A stretch of 63,622 nucleotides of DNA, counting the filler, from Hyphochytrium catenoides (Eukaryota > Protista > Hyphochytriomycota): NCBI GenBank assembly GCA_900088475.1. It is 6 parts of 6 records of this genome, joined end to end, with 100 filler letters (N's around TTAATTAATTAA, not from the genome) between each part and the next. Parts side by side here need not be neighbours in the genome. Positions count along the whole stretch, not along the records: positions 15,717 to 26,639 come from FLMG01001579.1; positions 26,740 to 28,914 come from FLMG01002400.1; positions 29,015 to 31,969 come from FLMG01001467.1; positions 32,070 to 62,505 come from FLMG01001738.1; 2 more parts are not named here. One strand, written 5' to 3'. Below the pieces are notes generated by a model. The model did not search any database. It saw only the letters and a list, made by a program, of their open reading frames with translations, and had not been told where the DNA came from. The translations under genes were made by a program, and so were the position numbers. Positions 23,210-36,400 of the stretch are shown here, piece after piece. Position 1 is the first letter of the stretch; each line of letters starts with the position of its first letter.

Positions 23210-25007
23210 ATGGCAAGCAAAGGAATGATCTTCCTGGAGCCTGGGAACAAGATCCTAGAGGACATGCTCACTGAACGTCTAGCTCCAGGGTCCGTCACCT
23301 CCTCTTCAATGCATATTGGGCCGTATTGATAGTCTTCTTTCTATCACAATAACTAGGGCTCGAAGACCAATGGAGCCTGTCACAGTAATCCTGGCTGACT
23401 TTGACGGTACGAAGCTGCAGATAGGCACTACGAGTGACCACTTCTAACATGCTAGATTGTCAACGTAGATGTGCAATACCGAGTCTTCGTGAGCCCTGAG
23501 CAGCCAAATATTTTCCAGCTATCCGTGTCCATGAAGGCTATGGCTGAACTGAAAAGGTCAGATAGCACCATCGTTTACAAGGCACATGCCCTCTCTCTGA
23601 TGCTATTTCTGGCTCTTAGATATGGCGGTCAAGCGCTACTGGAGGACCAGTACAAAGGCTTAGTATGCAACCCACCAGTCGCTGGATACGACCTGACCCT
23701 TCAACTAGACGTGGATAAGCTCCCCGACACCATTCGTACGTGCCCTGATTCTTGCCTCGATCTGCGCTCTGCCCCTTGTCCTGACAAACACTTACACAGC
23801 AAATATAATTAAGAAATTCGCACACATTAAGAGGAAGCTCTTTGGAGCTCCCTTTGATCAGTAAGTGCTCGCTAGCGCCATGGTGGGCCGTTTTGCCGTT
23901 GGCGGGGAGATATTGACCTATTGCGCGGTCAGATGCTTCACAGCGCTATGCCGAGGAAATGCAGCCAAACTCCCACCAATTCAGATTCACTTCCGACCAC
24001 ACGAGACCATATACATCGTCCCTCAGGCCGACAGGGTCATTATCATCTTCTCGGTCGATTTCCAAGACAAAGCAGACCAGACGCTGGCCCGTGTCTTTCT
24101 GCAGGTGGGACTAGTGTGCATCTGAGCTCATCGAGGGCCGTGTTCGATAGCTGATGCATCAACACTCTCTTGTAACGTAGGAATTCGTGGAGGCGCGACG
24201 GCATGTTAATAATGCTCCACCCGTCAGCTTCAGCAAGGACCCTCCCCTGGAGCTTCGAGGCCAGCCAGGCCTGTCAAACAGCCCTTATCTTGTTGGATAC
24301 GTTAGCTTTGGTACGTACCTATTCAAAAGGCTTTCGGACCCAAAAGTGGCAGGAAAGCTGCAACCATGAACTCTCCATCGAATTGCTCTGTGAGTCTATT
24401 TTTCCATTTCGGCGCTCTACCGTGCTGTTTTGTTTGGGAGGCCTGTGGCCGAACTTCCCGCTGGTTAACTTCTTCGAGACACTGGGGGTGACTGTGCCGA
24501 ACCTTCCTTGCCAATCCTAGTACTGAGCCTCCTTGATTCTCCCTCTACTCTACTGTGCCATCCTCAGATTGGTCCCTCTCTCTCTCTCTCTCTTGACATC
24601 TCTGTCACCAGCAATCTTTCCGAGCCATGTGGAAGGCGCGAGACTGGAGAATGCGGTCACGATGATCTCTGGCTTTCGTGGGTACCTCCACTATCACATC
24701 AAGACCGCCAGGAGCTACCTTCATACGAGGATGCGGAAGCGCGTTAATCTTATGCTGCAAGGTAACTAGAGAAATTTCTCGTTGAAGCGCACCCTACTAT
24801 GCCAACACCGCTTCCCCCCTTTTCCCTCCCCTTCGTCTCTTTGTCCTGCTTAACCATTTTGTCACAATTGCCAATGGCTCTAATGTTCCTGTCGTTTCCA
24901 CCTAATTCATCTCTCGCGTCCGTCCAGTCTTGAACCGAGCAATTCCCGAGAAGGAGAGTAAGGAGAAGAAGACGGTGACAGGCAAAACATTTAGGCGAGC
25001 GACTTAG
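23210..25007 (+). CDS. ARPC2: Arp2/3 complex 34-kDa subunit
   Basis: Spliced translation MASKGMIFLEPGNKIL...ADFD...ETIYIVPQADRVIIIFSVDFQD...ARVFLQEFVEARR...NAPPVSF...FRGYLHYHIKTARSYLHTRMRKRV...LNRAIPE...KKTVTGKTFRRAT*; canonical GT-AG introns. Confidence 0.93.
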
Positions 25008-25430
25008 AAGTGATAGCTATACCAATGAATTGATTCACTACTAGCTCCATTCCTTTGAGCGTCAGCCCATACCACACCGGAGGGCCTGGGATCCTGACCA
25101 GCTGTCCCTCAAAGTACCAGTCATGCTATCGATCTCACTGCTATTTCATTGCGGGGGCCCGCACTGATGCATGCTGCCTCGTCCATCGGCAAACACATGT
25201 CCCACCGTGCGAGAAAACTCTCCTTCCTTGCTCAGAAGTAGCAAGACTGTACAGGGCATAACACCTGCGATGGCAGTACATCATGTCTGCAGAAGATGAC
25301 TGATGGCTTCTACGATGGTCCTTTGTTGGAGTGCTCGCAGCCCAGGAACAAAGAGCCAGCCAGATCTATTCTACAGAGGACGATGATACAGCTATATCTA
25401 TTGCCTAAAATACTTGTGTATCAACCAAAA

Positions 25431-25503
25431 ACCCGTCTAGCTCAGTCGGTAGAGCGCAAGGCTCTTAACCTTGTGGTCGTGGGTTCGAGCCCCACGGTGG
25501 GTG
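25431..25503 (+). tRNA. tRNA-Lys (anticodon CUU)
   Basis: ACCCGTCTAGCTCAGTCGGTAGAGCGCAAGGCT-CTT-AACCTTGTGGTCGTGGGTTCGAGCCCCACGGTGGGTG: cloverleaf, A and B boxes, followed by a T-run Pol III terminator. Confidence 0.95.
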
Positions 25504-28500
25504 AAATTTTTTGCTTTCCTACTGTAGTTACGCCCCTTGAATACTTTTGACCCTCTAGGAAATAACAGCGGCCGCAATACTGAGGTATCGCATCATGTGT
25601 ATGTCAGTCTTCTGTTGGTAACTTTTGCTCCACTTGCAAATTCGGCAAGCTTCTAAAGGGTAGGGGGCTTAGGTCTGCATTAGGTCGGGAACATCAACAA
25701 TAAATTGCGCTAGTTGCAAATCAGCATGCCTCAGTTTGTGATCTGTATGACCTTAAGTGGTGTTAGGTCATGAACTTTCTGAATGTATACATCATATTAG
25801 ATATCAACACGACAGTTTTAGGAATAATGATGGATTGTAGAGGGACCTAAGCCCATTTTGAGGTCTTTAATTTGCCAGCTTGAAAGCAAGTAAGGGTGAC
25901 AGTCTTCTCATCCAGTTTATTCCGCTCACTATTAAAGCACCAGGTCTGCAGTACTGTATCACTTCTTCGTGCAGCGCGAGCACTACGGACAAACCCTCCC
26001 TGCTGCTGCTCCTGCTGCTGCTGCTTTGATGAACGGTGCTTCCCGCCACCACCACCTCGGTCGGCTCGCTCCTTTCTCCTCGCTCCGTCCTGCCTTGCTC
26101 ATTTCCTCTTCTCTTCTTCTCAATCTTCTTACTCCTCTCGCCGCCGCACTTTCTTCTACTAGTCTTCTTCTAACTAGAAGTCGTTTGTTGATTGTAAGAT
26201 GATACTAGCAGCTTCAATCCACCAGGAGTTCTTCTTATAATAACTGTAGACAAGAAGCAGCACTACTACGACGGACGAGTAGCAATGAAATTGAAGATAA
26301 TAGAGACCGACCACCGACAATACGCCCTTAGGTACATCTTCTTCCTCCGACCCGTCCTGGGTCTGTTTTCTGGACCTCCTTACTACATTCGCTATTGCTC
26401 CTGGCGGCTGGTCCTCCTCTTCCCCTTCTTCTTGTTGCCCGAAGCAGTAGTAGTAGCAGTAGCTAAATATAAAATGAGAACAACAACAAACGCGGCCGCC
26501 CAAACCTTGGCACCAAATTGAAGTGCTCCATCAACTGCAATGACCACATGCAGCTACTACTCATGGCGAATCGACGAGAAGGCAGCAGGAGCTTCAGCGG
26601 CGGCTGCTGTCTCGTTTAGATTTGCTTGGTGGAAAGAAGNNNNNNNNNNNNNNNNNNNNNNNNNNNNNNNNNNNNNNNNNNNNTTAATTAATTAANNNNN
26701 NNNNNNNNNNNNNNNNNNNNNNNNNNNNNNNNNNNNNNNGAAGCCAAATGAGACCGAGGAGGTGATGAGGGGTGGTAAGGTCACACTTAAGCAGTGTCGT
26801 GTCGCCTGACTCTAGGAGGTTTGAGTCTATATTTAAGGGAGACTCATCGAAGCAAGCGCTAGCTGGTCTGGCCCACGGAAACGGATGTAAGAAAGAGCAA
26901 TAATGAAAGATCCTCCTTTCAGCAGATGCGCCGTAGGAGACCCCGGAGAAGATCGCCAAGGAGAGGACACATACCTCTTCTCTCATCATGATTTGATAAT
27001 ATCACTAGTTCCTACTGCTGAGGATGCGCAGTCAGCTCAGTGGCCGCTGCCAGGAAGATCTCAAGCAACAACGCACGTCATTGCCTTCCACACATCGAGC
27101 GTTCCTCTTTTCATTGAAAGTCATTGCGAATTGAGCAGCTGCGAGGCAGCAGAGCGGGAACTCTGTCCGTTTGGATCTCTATCTTTGCTGCCCACTTTAT
27201 TGTGATCATCAGATGGAAGTGTTCTGGTTCTGATGCGTCGAGCGGGAAGCTAAATAATGAGCTGTCTTTTCATTCTTTATAGTTTTTTTTATAGGATTTT
27301 AGTGTCCTTTGGGTAAACTCGATTTCCTCCTTATCATCTGTACAGATTCTTGAAGAACTCGTAGGCTTCTTTTATCCAAAGTGCCAACAAACTAATCTCT
27401 TTATAAACAAAGCTTTTATATTTTTTTCAAACCCATAAATAAATACAGGCATGGCCATGCCGCATGGCACACCTTCCACAAACTGTTGTACAAAATAAGA
27501 ACACAGAGAAAAGGGCTGAAAAGAAGGGAGGAGGAGGAAGCGATCAGGGCCTCCTTGGTTCCCCCCATGTTACGACCTCCTCCCTCCCGTCTATAGTTCC
27601 TGGAAGTCTCCACACCTTAACTTCTTACTTCTTTACTGAGAAGGGCGCTGCTTTGATTACTTCTAATAATAACCAATATATAGAAATGTAGAGTCCTTTG
27701 TATGTATGATAAGGCCTTATCAGGGCCTTATTACATTAATTTAGCCGGTGATGATGGATTTTTGGAAAGAGGGTGGTGTGGTATTTGTGCAAACTCTGTA
27801 TAACGGGGGAGCCTTCACTCACGACACAACGGAGACTCTCCCCGTAGCAGATATGAAGTACAATAGGGAGGTAGGCCAGCGCAAGATGGATTTGTCCCCC
27901 GTGCCTTGAGGTTTCACACAAATTGTGTTAGTGCATTGATGATGGATCTGGCGCGCCCGGCCACGAGCGCACAAGAAGCCAGCAGCAGAAAGGGCATCAC
28001 AAGGATGATCTTAGTCACTAACTGTAGGTCGGCCCTCTCCAATGTGGTCCTACCTTGCACTACTACTGCAGATGGCCATCTTGACTATTGCTAGACGAAG
28101 ACGAGGAGTTCTTACCCTTTTCCCTTGCTTGCCTTTCTTCGCTGTCCAGTTGAGGAGAACAGGAGAGATCAAGGGGTTGATCTTCCTAGCTAGACGAGCC
28201 GCACAATCGTCTCCTTTCAGTCAAACGGTTCACACAAGGATGACTGGCTCTATCATCTTCTTCTTCTTCTCCAAAAAAAGAGGGGAAAAGTGAGCTGGAG
28301 AGCAGAAAGCCAGCTTCAACCTGTCTCTTGCTGGAGCCGCTCACCCCGCTGATGATTCAAGCTGCACCCGTTCTGCTCGTCGGTAGAGGAAGACGATAGA
28401 GCAAAAACCGCGGTTATTGGAGCTTGTGTAATAGACCTACTGCTGCTCGTAAACTTCATGAAAAGCTGTCCGGCTTGTTACCCTCGTCCTGGATTCTTCT

Positions 28501-30279
28501 CAAAAGAGATCATCACTTATCCCTCCTTTATTATCAAGCTTGACATCCGGCCTCATTCTGCAATTTGCCTCTTGTTGCTAATAACGAATAAGGCACATCC
28601 ATACTTATTATCAGCCCAAGCTTAGTGGTAAGGACCGCGGCTGCTGAACCTCGTCTCTTCTTCTTCCTCCTCGACATATACCTTCTCGCTCTCAGGCTTT
28701 AAGCTCTCTTTGTCCACGTTTAGTGGTCAAGGTTCAAATTTAGCCACTCTGTCCGCCTCAGGCAAGCCTCCTCTTTGTTCTACGATCTTGAACTTATAGT
28801 CCGGAATGCAAAGGAGCTTACCAACTAACGGGTCTTCCCTTCCGAACCCCAACCTTTCCCCCTCTTTCTCTCTCTCTCTCTCTTTTCTCTCTCTCTCTCT
28901 CTCTCCCTCTCTCTNNNNNNNNNNNNNNNNNNNNNNNNNNNNNNNNNNNNNNNNNNNNTTAATTAATTAANNNNNNNNNNNNNNNNNNNNNNNNNNNNNN
29001 NNNNNNNNNNNNNNAGCCATGATAATAGACAGAAATGATTGCATCCTACCACGCGGCTTCAGAGTGCTCGTCATCCTTCACCAACTATGATCTTCATTTC
29101 CTCTTTCTCTCTCTCTCTCTCTCTCTCTTCTGAAATTTCTCCAACATCGCTGGGAGACGGCTTCTTGGTTGAAGATGCTTGCACGGCGCTTGAGTGCCTT
29201 CGGCAGACTTATATGGGCTCTTCTTCAGCGGCGGCCAGGAGGAGAAGAGACTACCATCCCTGATTGGGACAGAGAGCTAGCACATAAGAAGAGAATCTTA
29301 TTGCTGCTGTTTGGAGAACAGCAACAATGGAACCAGGCAGGCAATGGTCATCAACAGTATTGGTCGACTAATGGAGCAAGATGTGCATCAAGGACCATCA
29401 ACTTCTAGTTGATGATTAGCATCTTCTGGCAGCAGGAACCATCATCATGAAAGGATGATGAGGAGGAGATACTTCTGCAGGAAAGCGGCTACTATGGTAG
29501 TATAGACATAGTACTAGAGCTAATGAACGGATTTCAGGAAGGAGGCAAAGAGAGAGAAGAAGCGAAGAAGAAGTGTGATATGGGTTAAGCAAAGAAGCAC
29601 AGGGCGAGAGGTAGCAGAGGCTATCATAAGATGTGTGCAGAGCGAGAAGACGAGCTTAGGACTACTCCTTAATTACTAATGATGCCCAGCAGCGGCGGGG
29701 CCAGCGGCGGTGGACCCTTCTAGCAGGTTGATAAGAACAGAAAGCGACATTGTTGACCGGCTGGTGGTGGAAGAAGACGAGAGAAACATCACGCCGGAAG
29801 CCGAAGAGAGGCCGCCCTCCAACATCTATAGTCATCATAATATCAGAGGAGGACGGAGCGAGGAGGGAGGAGGAGTGATGATGCATGGTCTGCTTCATCA
29901 GAGGGCATAAGCAGCGGAAAGTGTCAGGCACAAGTAAGAGGAAGATATCGATGATGATGATGGGCCAGCAGACGACAAAGCATTGTCGAAAGGCTAGTGC
30001 CTCTCAGCAGCAGCAGCAGCAGCGGCGGCAGCAGCAACAAGAGAGAGAGACAGAGAAAGAGGAAGAAGAGAAGAACGAAGATCACCACCCCAGCAGCAGC
30101 AGCGGCAGACCACCTGCGACTGATCAGCAGGACAATAATGGCTCAAAAGAGCTTTTCCAGAAGCAGTAGTCGAATTAGTTGCCCGTCTACGAAATCGGTT
30201 CTACCAGATCACTAAAATACTAAAAAGGTTCCTGTTCTTACATTTAAGTGTCCGAATTTACCAGCTGTATTTACGAGAC

Positions 30280-30524
30280 ACGGGGGGGAGGAGAGAGAAA
30301 AGAAGACAGAGAGAGGGGGAGAGAGAGAGAGGAGAAAGTGAGGAGACAGAGGAAGACGCAAGAGGGGGAGAGAGAGACAGAGAGAGAGAGAGAGAGAAGA
30401 GAGAGGGGTAGAGGGAGAGGGAGAGAAAGCGAGAGAGAGAGAGAGAGACACACAGAGAGGGCGACCGAGAAAGCGAGATGGAGAGAGAGAGAGAGGGAGA
30501 GAGAGAGAGAGGGAGGNNNNNNNN

Positions 30525-30555
<31 letters not shown>

Positions 30556-31460
30556 CGTGTGTGAGAGAGAGAGAGAGTGTGTGAGAGAGAGAGAAAGAAA
30601 GCGAGTGAGGGCAAGAAGCGCGGGTGAAGAAAGAGCACAAGAAGTCAAATGCGGCCAGACAGAGCTCTGCCTCTCCGCCTGCTGTCAGAGCTCCTGCGTC
30701 TCATCTGCCAACCTATCACCTCCTTCCCGCAGCTCTTCCTCTCCCACGGTAGATCAAGGAGAGGCCGGACAAAGCCAGCTGGCCTTAGCAGTACACATTC
30801 ACAAAGAGGAGAGACCGAGAGAGAGACAAAGAGAGACCGAGAGAGAGAAAGAGAACGAGAGAGAGAGAAAAAGAGAGACCGACAAGGAGAGAGACGGTGA
30901 CGGTGCATCATGCTTCCCCTATCCTCCAAACCCTACAGAGCATCTCGGCACGGCCTCCGCCGGACGCGTCAGCGGCCAGTAAAACTTCTGATCGCGCTTG
31001 CTACTGCCTCGATCCTACTCGTCCTGGGTGCGTGCCTGCCTTGAGAGAACCTCTTCTCTAACTTCTAGGAGGCCATGCTGTCCGCCTTGGTTCCTTCTAA
31101 GTCTCTCTCTCTCTTTGTCTCTGTTTGTCTCTCTTCTCTCGGGTACTCGGCATGAGCTGTTATCGGGCTGAAGCCGTCCAAAATTTATATCTCTCTCCGC
31201 TGCATTCTTATTGCCTCTGTTTGTCTGTCTGTCTCTCCCTCTCTCTCTTTCTCTCTTCTTGTCTCCCCACTTCTCGCTCTCTCCCGCTGCTTCTCTCTCA
31301 ATGTTGTCTCTCTCTCTCTCTGCTGTCCCCTCTCTCTCTGCTGTCTCTCCCTCTTTCTGCTGTGTGTGTGTCTCTCTCCCTGTCCCTCTCTTCCGTCGGC
31401 TGCTATGTTGTTCCTCCCCGTTCTCCTCCGTGGCGATCTTTCTCTTTGTGTCCATCACAT
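30280..31460. repeat. (GA)n / (CT)n microsatellite-rich region
   Basis: Extensive dinucleotide runs, including an internal N run. Confidence 0.85.
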
Positions 31461-32069
31461 GCTAACGAAGTTAATGTGGACCTGTTGCAGCTGCGAAGTA
31501 CTTTTATGAGGCTTGTGACACTCGAGCTCCGCTCAGTCAGCTCCTCGTGCAGGTAGAGAGGGAGAGAGAGGACTCCTCACTACTTTTTACTAGGTTCTTC
31601 CCTACGTCATCAGTTCCCTTTTCTTCATCCTCTTACCCTTTGCTGTCTGCTTGTCTCTCTCTTTCCATCAATGTCCTTTCTCTTTCTCTTTCTTTATGTG
31701 TCTCTCCATCGCCCATCAAATAGTCTCAGCATGAGACTTCTCTCCATTCGATCTAACATAATCTATGTACGGGCTACCTCTTGATTCTCTCCGTTCAGTC
31801 TTCCTCCTCTCTTTGTCTCTTCTTTCCTTGGATGGCTCTCTACGTCTAATGAATCGAATCTCTGCTATTGACTTGGTGTGTCTTCCGCTCTATGTGGCTC
31901 TTTATCCTTTCCCGCCTCTTCCCTCTCTAAATCTCTTTCCTCTCTCTCTCTGTCCCTCTCTCTCTCTCTNNNNNNNNNNNNNNNNNNNNNNNNNNNNNNN
32001 NNNNNNNNNNNNNTTAATTAATTAANNNNNNNNNNNNNNNNNNNNNNNNNNNNNNNNNNNNNNNNNNNN

Positions 32070-32680
32070 CCTTAGATCGTCAAAATACTTGTCGTTGTAT
32101 AGAATATCTGCTCCAAAAATGTAGTCAAAGCGCTCTATGGCCGGCGAACGATGGGTCATGCACGCTGGCAAAAGAGCTCCAAGCTCCTTGACACTACCGT
32201 GCTTAGCCCATACCAGCTCATGAAGAGAAACACGGTCCAAAACCATGTTGTCCTCTAGGACTTTTTGCAAAACCGGAAGCTCTGACGCGAGATCAGTGAA
32301 GAGAACTCTGGCTCCCAAACGGGATGCAACTATGCCTGCACATGGTTATCCATTAACAGAGCTAAAGGTATCGTAGGTTAGGTTATGCTAGCCAACACAC
32401 CGGCAAGACCAGTTCCTGCTCCCAGCTCCAGTACGGATTTCCCGGGACCAAGTCCATACTTGCTCTCCACCAAGTCTAAATAATGTGCGAGAACAATAGA
32501 TGCGTCCCACACTGTCCCACTGACACTGGAGATGTCCTGAGATACGCGCACACTTTTGGCATTGCTAAAGAGGAAGGTCCGGCTAGGTGCGTACGTAAGC
32601 TCGCGATGTAAGTTGGAGAGACTTGTAAGAATAGCCTCTGTAGTGCCATCTGGTATAGCATCCCTCTCCTCCTCCATCAT
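32070..32680 (-). CDS. METTL21/EEF1A-type protein-lysine methyltransferase (Methyltransf_16), 3' end lost in gap
   Basis: SGTVWDASIVLAHYL, KSVLELGAGTGLAG (motif I), ARVLFTDL, FDYIFGADILY; short intron at ~32337-32401. Confidence 0.88.
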
Positions 32681-33476
32681 TACCCTTAGCAAGCTCTAAG
32701 CCAATCTTCCTTTATTTAAAGCTTTCTCTCAGTCCTACATTGATCCTTGCCGAGCGCTGCCTTGAAGCCCCATGCTCAGATGTCGGTCTTGATACCTGAC
32801 AAAGGTTAGGACCTCAAGGTACATCCGTCTCCTTCCTCTCTTTGAAGCCTCCTCTCACTTCCGCAGACGGCTCTGTCCTTGCCACAGCCCTCGGCGCCTC
32901 AAGATGCTCCCAGTGCATGCAGCAGCTTAAACTGGAGAAGAGCTTCATACACTGAGATGATCACCGCTGGGCTGCGAGTTGAGAGTTGAGAGATGGTCAA
33001 GACAAGAAGAGTTTTCCTATGGCGATAAATCATAGCCGTTAGCGACCTAAATCTTGGATTATGGATAGTAGAGTAGGGGATTCTGGATTGGAATGATGGT
33101 CATGGTGAATGGCAGTGATCCAATGAGAGCAGATAAAGAGATGAAGGCAGATGAGGAGAGAGACAGAGCCAGAGGGAGACAGACAGAGTGAGCAAGAGAT
33201 GTGAGACGGTGGAGAGAAGAGTCTGAGCTATGAGAGAGACAGATTGTGGTAGAGAGAGTGAGAGAGAGACCGAGGAGGCAGACAGAGCCAGTAGTCGGGA
33301 GGTCGGATGAAGGAGAGATGAACAGAGATCGGAGACGGAGGCGCCGTGAGGTCCTGAGTGACCTTCACCAGATCTTCATCTTCCGGCAGCTGCTCAAGAC
33401 GGCAGCGGAGGATTAGCAGACTTTCACGACAGACAAGAGACCAGGGATTGAAGCTTGCAGTTGGAGAGCACGCAGC

Positions 33477-36400
33477 ATGAGTTCAGAAGGAGGAGCGGCC
33501 CCCGCACCTCCGGCAGATGGTGCGACACCCCCGCCCCCAGCCCCGCCAGCAGCGGCTGGAGAAGGCGGCGAGATCAGCAAGCGCATGCTGAAGAAGATGG
33601 CGAAGGGAAAGTTCAAGGAGAAGAAAGAGAAGGATCCTAATATGTGGGCAAAGAAGGATGGAGGAGAGAAAGAGGTAAGGTATTCTGCGGCTCCCTTCCT
33701 CTCTAGCTAATCAACTGATCACCTCATTGTTCTCAGGACAAGAAGAAGAAGAAGAAGCCCGAAAAGACTGAGGACAAGCCTCAAGTAGTCTTCGTAGATA
33801 ACACGCCAAAAGGCCAGAAGAAAGATCTCTCAGGGCCAATGCTTCCAGGTAAGAGGAGAAGCACTCGAGCCATTGATGTTAGAGGACACAATAGAGGGGA
33901 AGGGCGTGAATGGGAGAAGAGGAGCGCTAAAATTGACTGTAAAACAGAGACAGAGTAAAGTAGAACAGGACGGCTGGTGTCTGAGTGTGCAGAGATATAG
34001 GGGAATCGAGATGCTTTCCATCGATGGAGACTTTCTTTCGGGCAGGGATAATTACCGCGATTGACTGAAGAAGAGAGAGAGATAAAGGAGGAGGGGAGAG
34101 AGACGTCAAAGAAGGCCCAGCGCCGCAATTCACCCTCCTTTGCCACTCTAGCGTACCAGCCGCGCGCTGTAGAGTCGTCTTGGCAAGACTGGTGGGAGGC
34201 CTCAGGGTTCTACCACGCAGATGCGAAGAAGGCCAAGACTTTGAAAGAGGAAGAGAAGTTTGTCATGGTCATTCCTCCTCCTAATGTCACAGGTGAGAGC
34301 TAGACTCGCTATCCTGTCATTGGACTTAGCAGTCTATTACATTATTGTGCTATCATCTTCGTCATGAATTGCTCCGCGTTCCCTGTCTCTTATTTTTGGC
34401 ACATCCGCCAGGATCTCTTCACTGTGGACATGCGCTGAGCTATGCTATCGAGGATGCCATTACACGCTGGCATCGGATGCTTGGGCATGTCTCTCTCTGG
34501 CTTCCAGGGACTGACCATGCAGGCATTGCCACACAGGTAATGGACTATGGAACCCCTGTTCTACCTCTCTTCAGTCTGTCTTTGATGTCTCGAACATAAG
34601 GGGTACTTCTCTTCCGCCTTGCCCAGGATATTGGTTATTCTCCTCTTTAGTTGTTGCAGGCAATGCCGCATGCTTGGTATTCCCTCGAGTTTACTATCAA
34701 CAGTACGTGCTCTCACTCGTCAACACTCTTTCTGGGTTTTAGTCTGTCGTAGAGAAACGCATCATGAAGGATGAGAACAAGACACGGCACGACTATGGAA
34801 GAGAAAAGTTTGTCGAGAAAGTCTGGGACTGGAAGAAGGTTTATCATCAGAACATCTCCATTCAGACCAGAAAGCTAGGACTGTCCTTGGACTGGTCACG
34901 CGAGGCCTTCACCATGGATGAGCAGCGATCGGCTGCCGTTAAGGAGGCATTCATTCGTTTCTATGATGTAAGAGGCTGGGCCAGGGGGGAAAGAGGAAAA
35001 GAGAGAGAGAGAGAGAAAGAGGGGTGAGAGGTAGGGAAGAGAGCGGGAGAGGGTAAGTCTTGTAAGCAAGCTGAAGCTTTTATTTCTATGGTCTGAAAGC
35101 GCAGGTCTCGTCTTAGCTCCTCGTTCGTACTTGCTTTCTCTCTTGCTTCCCTCCGTGCATACTGTGACTGCCCCCCATGTGCGATGGGCTTCTCCGTTAC
35201 TCCTCTTTTTCACTTGCCGCACTTTCTACAAACGCTATCTTCCGTACTTTCTCCCTCATTTTTCCTCTCTTAGGCTGGACTCATATACCGTGCTACGCGC
35301 TTAGTAAACTGGAGCTGCGCACTTCGCACTGCTATCAGCGACCTAGAGGTGGATTATATTGACATAGAAACTCCTACCAAGATGGCTGTTCCTGGGCATG
35401 AATCTTCTAAGACCTACGAGTTCGGAACCTTGACTTCCTTTGCTTATAAAGTTGAGGGCTCAGGTGAGGAGGTAGTCTAAGAAGGTCCAAGAGGGAATGA
35501 GGCTATAGAGACAGCTTTGGAGGGCAGAGATCAGAACGGTTGCTGTAGGGCAGAGTCCCTTTTGGCGACAGGTCCAGGGATGCGTCGCTGTTCGGCTGGC
35601 TCCTACATTTTGATCCTCTGGCTGTTTATCTTACCCGCGGCGCAAGCCAAAGTTCGCAGACTAGCCTGTATCCTATAGCCTGAGGCTCATGCTCTATACC
35701 CTGGTCTCTCTGCAGACGAAGAGATTGTAGTGGCGACCACGCGTCTGGAGACCATGCTAGGCGACACGGCGGTGGCCGTTCACCCTGAAGATCCACGATA
35801 CAAGAAGCTGCACGGGAAGTTCCTCGTCCATCCGTTCAATGACAGAAAGATCCCAGTCGTCACTGATGCAGAAGTGGTTGATATGGAATTTGGTAGGTAG
35901 ACGAGAGAGATGGAGGTGCAAAGGGCTGCGGGACAGGAAATCAGAGAATCGTCCTTGTGACGGGAGAAACGGCAGAATACTAGGAAGAGCTAACTGCCTC
36001 CTTAACCTTACCCGTTGAGTGAATTTCTGACGCCTGTCTTCTACGATCTTTAGGTACCGGAGCCGTTAAAATCACTCCTGCCCACGATCCAAATGATTAT
36101 GGCTGCGGAAAGAGGAACAACCTCGAGTTCATTAACATTTTGTCCCAGGACGGTTCTATCAACCATGAGGGAGGAAAGTTCCAAGGGATGATGAGATATG
36201 ATGCAAGACTTGCAATTGAAGAGGTGAGAGAAGAGAGAACTGGCTAATAGATGAACACTAGCAAAGAGCCTTCCACCATGATAAGCTGAACTTTTGGCGT
36301 CCTCGTGCAGGAGCTGAAACAGTTGGGGCTATATCGCGGAAAAGAAGCAAACAAGATGAGACTGGGTATGGACTAGCAAATGTTCTGGCATCCTCTTACC

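Noticed and set aside
25860-30215. Scattered short ORFs and poly-Q/poly-S tracts
   Set aside because: No recognisable motif or consistent exon chain; fragmented by two spacers.
34410-34432. HCGH in place of HIGH in ValRS
   Set aside because: The second position of the motif is known to vary; the rest of the enzyme is canonical.
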